Source of the DNA: Bacillales bacterium UBA6879
GTDB taxonomy: Bacteria; Bacillota_I; Bacilli_A; RFN20; CAG-288
DNA length: 58,875 nt
Reading direction: 5' to 3'
Assembly: GCA_002449135.1 (NCBI GenBank)
Contig: DKCH01000057.1
Span: forward strand, 13,954-72,828
A program made the translations under genes and the position numbers. This document shows positions 22,401 to 29,900 of this stretch, piece by piece (positions within the stretch are counted from its first letter, which is position 1; each line of letters starts with the position of its first letter). Under the pieces are notes generated by a model. That model did not search any database. It was given only the letters and a program-made list of their open reading frames with translations, and was not told where the DNA came from.

Positions 22401-22994
22401 AGTCTTAGTAACAGCAGTCCAATCAGTTAATGTAGATGGATCAAAATTAGGCTGATAAAAGATTTTAGCAATCATTAAACCTGACTCATTAGTAGAAACT
22501 TTTAATGATAAATTTTTACTAGCTTTAGAAGCATATAAATTACCAGAATTATCAGTAACCACTTCCCATTTATATTCTTTGTAAGTAGTAATAGTTTTAG
22601 TAACCTTACTTTCTAAAAATTTTTCACCAGTTAAAAGAACATAAGGAAGATAATTTTCATCCTTATCATCTTCAACATATTTACCTTCAATAGAAGCTAT
22701 TTGACCTAATTCAATAAATGGAACAATACTACCTCCTAAATGTTCCATCATTAATTTAGTAATCTCTTCACTCCATGGTGAATTAGCTTCTGTAATTTCT
22801 TTTTCATCTTCACTACTACTAGAAGAACTAGTACTTGTAGAGCTACTTAATTCTGAATTAGAAGATGAATTAAATGAACTAGAATTTGAAAATGTAGAAT
22901 CAGTACTAATTGTGCCACTTGTACTGTCATTACAAGCAACTAACAAGCTTGGTAATAACAAAAGTAATGTAAAAAACTTTGTTTTTTTCCTCAT
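19491..22994 (-). CDS. giant surface lipoprotein, paralog A (repeated-module family, function unknown)
   Basis: Signal peptide plus lipobox (LLLLPSLLVA-C), poly-Ser linker (aa ~21-62), then nine modules of ~110-135 aa. Roughly half of the aligned N-terminal residues are identical to paralog B by eye. Confidence 0.85.
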   Translation of the reverse strand: MRKKTKFFTLLLLLPSLLVACNDSTSGTISTDSTFSNSSSFNSSSNSELSSSTSTSSSSSSEDEKEITEANSPWSEEITKLMMEHLGGSIVPFIELGQIASIEGKYVEDDKDENYLPYVLLTGEKFLESKVTKTITTYKEYKWEVVTDNSGNLYASKASKNLSLKVSTNESGLMIAKIFYQPNFDPSTLTDWTAVTKTQLKEYFGNFGLPFVYLGNDTYKTSYQDDTFTVIGGIYNDLVNEEFSKVYSSTAGWETKLGEEDNSIVSTKVDSKGNKMTVTLDKYNNRARLTAKFDEVFDSSLQDSWSTAVVNQMSISLGSIKIPYFYIGTTYPLIDTSKTDPKTITLNGKYWDDSIISDAKAKLTGWSIVSQTDTKVVFNYSKDGDVFILTIERVENTDDDLYHPVLTISRNEAYNDVVSTSYPSEVLNTFKSTFKEEMNQFIPYLYLGAKSPMVEKDSKYSNHITLTGGLYDARILTNFKEKFKDWVIVDKQVSSRYGDDDLDYETGVVLCAAIKKFDKGTYKVGLFVKGDESSKITYLDITRTDNVDKNTPWSDSAKSIFKEYLKVDSSEIPVIETMSSGEPITFEDGQVDISFVSTNYLNYLIINLYNVLKTNGFDVSLGFSGSYYYEEVFINSIVGNKKLDDGRTLQINVSVSSSSYYRYTMSGVINVLEDYNLATAPSAWPKEVSDAVKKKFNNYELPYFYLGTSNPVVIDDDEFKIIGNAYSDSFYTDIREQLNKNGFTIDEVNSSYYGLVGYTVLESGDTIYLSFSTENDKPYVEISYQKALAPKDYSYSADLKTALTKVGDSSFPNVYLGTQTPTFTTTDDSLSIVGDSYSDDLLNYALSVFKENGNSYNAKVVGVGYWYKAYYLVGSKVLDDNSSIKFKIYENDDSKMQLDIIHDKYLQTTQSSATNWDTLESDLSSKISQYFGNNFSIDSFLATDKTNTKFNIETSSSSSGNKVFTIKDSTAYFTNADVLKTRELLEKQGYEVSYSAFDSSCEPISSLLASKTDSKGTTKISVNALANSEDNKNGFSVSIMRTLSYDSNTLTNYNQATLDALTKAFGSDFKLPYVNFGDANPKVDVADKNVSLVFYNYKESIFADTSKAFEADSWDTFENYEKDRNGNLIHSLLISKTVNGKTYLVTITYENTATSMKTTVKISLVNL

Positions 22995-23032
22995 TTGATA
23001 TGTTTCCTCTCAAATCTTCTCGATTAAAACAA

Positions 23033-23061
23033 AATATAGCACAAAGAAAATCAATTGTAAA
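23033..23061 (-). promoter_or_regulatory. candidate sigma-70-type promoter of the lipoprotein pair
   Basis: Minus strand reads TTTACA-17 nt-TATATT with a TGc extended -10. It lies ~40 nt upstream of the RBS GAGAGGAAAC and the ATG at 22994. Confidence 0.45.
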
Positions 23062-23094
23062 CAAATTAAAGAATAAATTTTAAAAAACTTATTT

Positions 23095-23121
23095 AAAAAA
23101 GATGCTTAACAATTAAGCATC
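23095..23121 (-). terminator. Rho-independent terminator after the 437-aa membrane protein gene
   Basis: Hairpin GATGCTTAA-(3 nt)-TTAAGCATC followed on the minus strand by TTTTTT. Confidence 0.65.
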
Positions 23122-23142
23122 TTTGAAAACTATTTAATTAAA

Positions 23143-24432
23143 TTACTTAGCTTCAGAATCTTCCTTAGTTTCCTCAGCTTTTCTTCTAGTCTTTTTCTTT
23201 TGAATGTTATTAGCATCCATCATATCCTTAATTAAACCTTTAGCACGTTTAACAGAAAGATCAGAACCCACTTTGAAAACAAATGGAATCTCAGTATATA
23301 AAGATTTAGTAGAAGCATCACCATGTGGAATAGGAGTTGAATCATAAGCACGAGGAGAAAGTTTCATATAAAGCTTTAACTTTTTACCAGCAACAACAAT
23401 CTTCATATATTTAACAGTATGGAGACGGAAAGTATCACCAGTAGAAGAAACTCTAGATTTAACGCCATATGACATAATTTCATCTCTAATTTCTTTATAC
23501 TTTTCAATTAAAGCAGGATCAGCTTTATTTAATCTTTCTTCAAAAGTAATTCTTTTGAACTTTTCTTTAGCAAAAGAAGGTACAGCATCAACAGAATTTT
23601 CTTCTTCCTCATCTTCACCTTCATCTTCTTCAGGTTCGGATTCTTCTTCTTGATTCTCTTCAACTGGAGCTGTAGATTCTTCTAACTTATTAGCTTCTTC
23701 AACTACAGGAGTTTCTTCAACTATCTTATCAGCCTCTTCTTCAGGTTTTTCATCAGTTTGCCCATAAACAGCAACTGGCTCATCATCTTTAGGTTGTTCT
23801 TCAGCTTCAACTTCTTTTTCAGTAGAAGGTTCTTCTGGTTTAGTTTCTTCTTCAGCTGATTTATCTTCTTCAACTGGTTCATCATGAGCTTTTTCTACAT
23901 CATTAACTTCCTCAACAATTGAAGTTGTAGATTCTTCAGCTTCTTTTTTAGTAAAGAAAGCAACCATAACATAATTAACAACTTGAGCAAGACCATATAA
24001 AACAAAGAAAACAATAGCAACAATAAATAAAGAAGGAGAAGTAACTAAGTCAGAATAATTTTTAAAAGAAATATATCTACCAGCTAATAAAACAGAAATA
24101 GTAACAATTAAAGTAATAGTAATTTGAAAATATGTTAATCTCCATAAAGAATCTGAATATCTCTTCTTAATCATTAAAACAATTACTGCAATTGCAAATA
24201 AAGCAAGAACAATATAACAAACAATAGCAATATTAGGATTAGTTTGCATTAATCCACCTGAAAATAAAGACATTAAGTTAAACCATAAATTATAACCGGC
24301 TAAGGTTAAACCAGATTCCACATTAATAACTCTACTTTCTAACACTGTGCCTGCTCCACTAGTAAATAATAAAACAATGGCGACAATGAGGAAAACATAA
24401 CTTAGTACTGAGGTAATAATACTTTTTTTCAT
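23143..24432 (-). CDS. membrane protein with an acidic E/P-rich linker and a conserved basic C-terminal domain (function unknown)
   Basis: The ORF is open to 24456, but AAAGGAG lies 7 nt upstream of the ATG at 24432 (MKKSIITSV...), so I prefer that start. About 5 TM segments, then ~130 aa of E/P/K-rich linker, then a ~140-aa basic domain (FKRITFEERL...RLHTVKYMKIVVAGKKLKLYMKL...). Confidence 0.8.
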   Translation of the reverse strand: MKKSIITSVLSYVFLIVAIVLLFTSGAGTVLESRVINVESGLTLAGYNLWFNLMSLFSGGLMQTNPNIAIVCYIVLALFAIAVIVLMIKKRYSDSLWRLTYFQITITLIVTISVLLAGRYISFKNYSDLVTSPSLFIVAIVFFVLYGLAQVVNYVMVAFFTKKEAEESTTSIVEEVNDVEKAHDEPVEEDKSAEEETKPEEPSTEKEVEAEEQPKDDEPVAVYGQTDEKPEEEADKIVEETPVVEEANKLEESTAPVEENQEEESEPEEDEGEDEEEENSVDAVPSFAKEKFKRITFEERLNKADPALIEKYKEIRDEIMSYGVKSRVSSTGDTFRLHTVKYMKIVVAGKKLKLYMKLSPRAYDSTPIPHGDASTKSLYTEIPFVFKVGSDLSVKRAKGLIKDMMDANNIQKKKTRRKAEETKEDSEAK

Positions 24433-24501
24433 CTTTTTCTCCTTTCTTATTCCCATTTAAGTAGTCAAAAGTGGCATAAAAAATCTACTTTTCTATAATT
24501 T

Positions 24502-24530
24502 AATATAAAATTATTCACGATTTTTGTAAA
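24502..24530 (-). promoter_or_regulatory. candidate promoter of the 437-aa membrane protein gene
   Basis: Minus strand reads TTTACA-17 nt-TATATT, ~70 nt upstream of the ATG at 24432. Confidence 0.4.
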
Positions 24531-24610
24531 GAAAAAAAGTAAAAATTTACAATTTTTTATAAATATTTATGCTAATAACACAAAAATCAAGCTTTTGTAT
24601 GTGAAATTTA

Positions 24611-24641
24611 ACAAAATAGGTAGTCTAATAAAACTACCTAC
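24611..24641 (-). terminator. Rho-independent terminator after pepF (end of the long pyrH...polC...pepF transcription unit)
   Basis: Minus-strand hairpin TAGGTAGT-(8 nt)-ACTACCTA followed by TTTTGTT. It lies 13 nt after the pepF stop. Confidence 0.6.
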
Positions 24642-24653
24642 AATGCATAATAA

Positions 24654-26423
24654 TTACTTACTTTCCAAAACTTTTTCAAGCTCATCAACAAGTTCAGTAA
24701 GTCTATTAGCTACCGCTAAATAAGCATCTTTTTTAGTTAAATCAACACCAGCTTTCTTAACTTGATTAACTGGATAATCTGAACCACCTGATTTTAATAA
24801 CTCAATATATTTATTAAAAGCATCCTTCTTTCCTGATTTAACATTTTCATAAATTTTCATAGAAGAAGCAAAAGAAGTAGCATACTGATATACATAGAAA
24901 GGAGTGTGGAATAAATGAGGAATATAAGCCCAAACATATTCTTTAACTCTTTCAGTAGTAATATCTAAACCATAATATTGCTTATATAAATCAACCATTA
25001 TCTTAGAAAGAACTTGATAATTTAATCCTTCACCTTTTTCAACTAATTTAGATACTTCATATTCATATTGTCCAAATAAAGCTTGACGATAAAAAGTAGA
25101 ACAAATTTCATCAATAGACTTTTGAAGCAACATAATTTTTTCTTCTTTTGAAAGTTCACCTTTTTCAATCATGAAATCTAATAAATTATGTTCATTAAAA
25201 GTGGAAGCAATTTCCGCAACAAAAATTGTATAGCCTTGAGTCATTAAAGGCTGTCCTTCCATAGAATACAAAGTATGAATTGAATGTCCAGATTCATGAG
25301 CTAAAGTAAATACATCATCTAAAGCGCCATCAAAATTAAGCAAAATAAATGGATGCATATTAGAGCCGCCTGTAGAATAAGCTCCACTTCTCTTACCTTC
25401 TTTTTCATAAACATCTACATAACCATCTTTAGTGACTTCTCTTGCCTTATTTTTAAAATCTTCAGGGAATTTATCAATAGATTCAAAGAAAAATTCTTTT
25501 GCTTGATCATAAGTATATTTTTTATTAGAAGAAGCTAATTGAATAAAACGATCATATGTATGATGAACATCTAAATGTAAATATTTTCTTCTTAATTCAT
25601 AATATTTTTTCAAAGCTTCAGTATGAGTAGAAGTTACTTCAATTAAAGAAGTAAAAACCTCCAAAGGAATATTGTTTGGGAAAAGATGAGCTTCAATAAT
25701 AGAAGGATATTTCTTAGCTCTAGCATAAGCTAACTCACTTTGCATTACAGTATTATAAATTTCAGCATAAGTATTTTTATTTGCTTCATAACTAGAGAAA
25801 ATAGCTTCAAAAACTAATTTACGATCATTAGGATCTTTTAATTCAGCAATTAAGTTTCTCCAATTTCCTTGAGTAACTTGTACTTCTCTATTATCAGATA
25901 ACTTAACTATTTTTTCTTTACCATCGGCAGCTGATAACATATCATAAAGCTTACTACCTTCATTTAATACTTGATTAAATAAAGATAATTGTTCCTCTAA
26001 TGATGCTGAAAGCACATGCTTTTGTAATCTAAAAAGTTTTTGATAACTAAAAGTAAATTGTTTATATTTTGGATTATCATTTAAAAATTTATTAATATAT
26101 TCTTCCCCTAAAGAAATAATTTCAGGTGATTCAAAAGAAGTATTTTGAACTAATTCATTTAAAATATTTGTAACCTTAACTAAATCTTCCTGTAAAGTAA
26201 CATCCTTAAAATTTAAATGAGATTTCATAGAAGCATAAGAATAAGCTTTAGAAAGAGATTCTTCTACTTCTAATTGTAAATCCAAATATTTTTTTAATTC
26301 TTCAGGTTTTCCTAACTTTCCTTTAAACTTAGCCATTTCATATGAAACAGCTTTTAATCTTTCTAAAGATTTATTAAAATCCTCAGGTGTTTTAAAAATT
26401 AAACTTAAATTCCATTGATTCAT
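24654..26423 (-). CDS. pepF: oligoendopeptidase F family (M3B) metallopeptidase
   Basis: 589 aa with the zinc motif TLAHESGHSIH and a downstream FVAEIAST Glu ligand region. Length and layout are typical of M3B PepF. Confidence 0.88.
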   Translation of the reverse strand: MNQWNLSLIFKTPEDFNKSLERLKAVSYEMAKFKGKLGKPEELKKYLDLQLEVEESLSKAYSYASMKSHLNFKDVTLQEDLVKVTNILNELVQNTSFESPEIISLGEEYINKFLNDNPKYKQFTFSYQKLFRLQKHVLSASLEEQLSLFNQVLNEGSKLYDMLSAADGKEKIVKLSDNREVQVTQGNWRNLIAELKDPNDRKLVFEAIFSSYEANKNTYAEIYNTVMQSELAYARAKKYPSIIEAHLFPNNIPLEVFTSLIEVTSTHTEALKKYYELRRKYLHLDVHHTYDRFIQLASSNKKYTYDQAKEFFFESIDKFPEDFKNKAREVTKDGYVDVYEKEGKRSGAYSTGGSNMHPFILLNFDGALDDVFTLAHESGHSIHTLYSMEGQPLMTQGYTIFVAEIASTFNEHNLLDFMIEKGELSKEEKIMLLQKSIDEICSTFYRQALFGQYEYEVSKLVEKGEGLNYQVLSKIMVDLYKQYYGLDITTERVKEYVWAYIPHLFHTPFYVYQYATSFASSMKIYENVKSGKKDAFNKYIELLKSGGSDYPVNQVKKAGVDLTKKDAYLAVANRLTELVDELEKVLESK

Positions 26424-26427
26424 TTTT

Positions 26428-26988
26428 TTACCTCTCTAATTGAAAATCAATTGTTGTATCAATACGATCATTACTATTTGTAAAATATTCACCATCTTTA
26501 AAATGAAAAAGTTTACTAAATCTTCTATTAAAAAACAAATTCTTAAAATGGTTATAATCTTTCACGTTTAAATTATATAAAGGAATTGAAAAAGAGGTCA
26601 ATCTATTTTGCTCAACAGCAAAATCCAAAGCGTGTCCTTTTAAATGAAGATTTAATAATTTAGATAATAAATCCTGATACTTTTTATAATAATTATAAGA
26701 AATAGCAGGGCTTAAATAATCCTTAACCTCATTAAATTCTTTATATAAGTTATAAAATTCTTTTTCTAATTCCTTAGGCATGTTTAATTCTTGTAACAAA
26801 GAAGGAATAAGCTCAAAGTCCCTATTTAAAACCTTTAAAAGTTCCTCAAAAGAACGATCCATTTTCTTTTTTCTTTTTAACATACCTTTATAAACATTAC
26901 CAATTAAATAAGATAAAAAAAGTAAAATCAAAAAGAAACAAAGAACAATAATAATAACAATAATACCCTTAAATATTTTCTCATTCAT
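26428..26988 (-). CDS. N-terminally anchored small protein, weakly LemA-like
   Basis: One N-terminal TM segment followed by a helical domain. The segment RSFEELLKVLNRDFELIPSLLQEL loosely resembles the LemA (K/R)R.DLIPNLV block. Tightly packed between polC (2-nt gap) and pepF (4-nt gap). Confidence 0.35.
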   Translation of the reverse strand: MNEKIFKGIIVIIIVLCFFLILLFLSYLIGNVYKGMLKRKKKMDRSFEELLKVLNRDFELIPSLLQELNMPKELEKEFYNLYKEFNEVKDYLSPAISYNYYKKYQDLLSKLLNLHLKGHALDFAVEQNRLTSFSIPLYNLNVKDYNHFKNLFFNRRFSKLFHFKDGEYFTNSNDRIDTTIDFQLER

Positions 26989-26990
26989 AA

Positions 26991-29900
26991 TTAAAACAAT
27001 GTAATTTCATCAGACTCAGGTAAATCATTAAAAGCCCCTAAAGCCTTTAATTCCTGAACCTTAGTAGTAGAGATACTGGTGCGTTTTATAAAATCATCGA
27101 TTGATTTAAAAGGTGCTTTATTTCTAGCTTCAATTACAGAAACAGCAGCAGACTCACCTATACCAGCTAAAGAAGAAAATGGTGGGATTAAAGACTTATT
27201 TTTCCAATTAATAATAAATCTAGTGGCTTCTGATTTATTAACATCAATTTTTTCAAACTTAAATCCACGATCCAACATTTCAATAGACATTTGCAAGCAT
27301 AAAATTAAATCTTCTTCTGTCGGGGTCACTTTAAAGTTTGCCTTCTTTTCTTTTAATTCATTTAAACGATTTAAACAAGCTTGTAACCCTTTAACCATAG
27401 TAGAAATCTCATACTGATCAAGTCTAACTGAAAAATAAGTTGCATAAAAAGAAAGAGGATCATGAACCTTAAACCAACCGACTCTTAAAGCCATCATAAC
27501 ATAAGCCGCAGCATGAGCTTTCGGGAAAAGATACTTAATTTTTATACATGAATTAATAAAATAATCAGGAACTTTATGATCAATCATTTCTTGCTTATAT
27601 TTTACAAACTTTTCATAAGTTTTCTTAACTGTTGGGTTAAATTTACCATGACGAGTAATTTCCATAATTTGGAATGCATCATCAAAAGGTATTCCATATG
27701 TATCATGTAAAGTCATCATAATATCATCACGGCAACCAATAACTCCTCTTAAATTAGTTATACCTTCTTTAATTAAAATTTGTTGATTACCTGCATAAAC
27801 ATCAGTACCATGGGATAAACCAGAAATAATAAGTAAATCAGCAAAAGTAGTAGGCTTAGTTTCTTCTAGCATCGACATAGAAAAACGAGTACCAAATTCA
27901 GGCATACCCATAGTTCCAACATTCACATTTAAATAATTATGTCCAAGTTTTAAAGCTTTAGTAGAAGTAAATAAAGATAAAACTTCAGGATCATTAAAAG
28001 GAATAGAATAAAGATCCTTATGAGAATTTTCAGACATCATTTTTAAAGCCTGTGGATCAACATGACCAAGTAAATCAAGTTTTAAAATTGTATCATGCAT
28101 TTGATTATAATCAAAATGAGAAGTATACCAAGATTTAGAAGTATCATCAGAAGGATATTGTATAGGAGTAAAATCAGTAACATCCTTTCCACGTGGAATA
28201 ACAATAATACCACCTGGATGTTGGCCAGTAGTTCTCTTAACACCTTCGCATTTTAAAGCAAGTCTAGTAAGTTCAGAACGTGGAACATTACTAGCAACAA
28301 TATTTAATTCAGGATGCTTTTCTAAAGCTTCAAAATATCCTTTAGCATAACCAATAGCATTTTTTTCAGCAACAGTTTCAGTAGTTCCAGCTTTAAAGAC
28401 TTGATTTCCAGATTCCTCAGTAAGCAAAATTCTAGTTAAATCATGAGCGTGAGGCTGATAATCAGGTGGAAAATTTAAATCAATATCTGGAGTTTTTTCA
28501 GCATGGAAACCAATAAAGGTTGCAAAAGGAATATTGTGTCCATCATGAACCATTTTAGTATGGCAAATTGGACATTCCTTATCAGGTAAATCAAACCCAG
28601 AGCGAATATCAGGATAAGTAGTATTATCTATCCATTCTAAATGCTTACAATTAGGATTTGGGCAGCGATAATGTGGCTGAAGTGGATTAACTTCTGTAAT
28701 ACCAGCCATTGTAGCAACTAAAGAAGAACCAACAGAACCACGAGAGCCAACTAAATAACCATCGGCATTGGCTTGAGTAACTAATTTAGAAGCTATCCAA
28801 TAAATAACTTCAAAGTGGTTAGCAGAAATACCGCTCATTTCCGCTTCTAAACGATCAGCAACAATCTTAGGAAGTGGATCACCATATAATTTATGAGCTG
28901 TTTCCATAACTTTGTTCTTTAATAAAACATCACAATTATCAATAATAGGGGCCGCAAGATAATCATGAATAGGATGAACATCGCTAGAAATCATATCTGC
29001 CACTTTGTGAGTATTAGTAATAACAATTTCTTTAACTAATTCTTCATTATTTAAGAATGAAAATTCTTCTATCATTTCCTCAGTTGTTCTTAAAAATTGA
29101 TCAGGATTATCATAATATTTTTGTTTATCTCTACTAAATGGATTAAGAGGATGTCTTACCCCTTTTAAACCTTTAGCAAAAACAAAGACATCTCTAAAAA
29201 TTTTATCTTCTTTTTCAATATAATGGCAATCAGAAGTGGCTACTACTAGCTTATTAATTTCTTTTGCCATGTCAACAATATCTCTAATAATTTTATAAAC
29301 ATCATCAAAAGAAGAAAGCGAACCTTTTGCCACCAAATGAGAAAAATTAGCAGGTGGTTGTACTTCAATATAATCATAAAACTTCATGATTTCTTCAGTA
29401 ACTGACTTACCTCTAGTCATAGCTGCTTCAAAAACTTCACCATTTTCACAAGCAGAGCCTAAAAGTAAATGCTCCCTATAAGCTTGTAATTCATCTTTAG
29501 GAACACGAGGTACACCTGATATATATTTAATACAGGAATCAGAAATTATTTGAAATAAATCCTTTAAGCCTTGTTTATCTCTAGCATAAGCAATAACGTG
29601 CATTGGATGCCTTGCCTGTAAAATAATATTTTTTCTAATTTCTTCTTGTTTTTTACTATCACCTAAAAAATCAATTACATGACTTAAATCATTTAAAGTA
29701 AAGTCTCTTTTAATATTAATTAAACTTTGTTCAATATATTGCCAACAAGAATTTAAAACCTCAGCATCATAGTTAGCTCTATGGGCTTCATCTTTATCAT
29801 AAACAACATCGAGTTTTTTACAAACATCACCTAAAGTATGGGAACGAATATCTTGGAATAAAATTCTACTTAAAGGTAAGGTATCAATTACCTTATTAGT

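Larger units (their letters stand above)
15912..22994 (-). repeat. tandem gene duplication (two ~3.5-kb paralogs), each internally repetitive
   Basis: The two ORFs are colinear over their whole length. Shared blocks include SPW(S/N)E(E/T)IT, NYLPY..LTGEKF, YKWEVV, IMxAKIFY.P.FD..TLTDWT.VTK.QLKEYFG, DKY.N.ARL and QDSWST. Confidence 0.85.
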
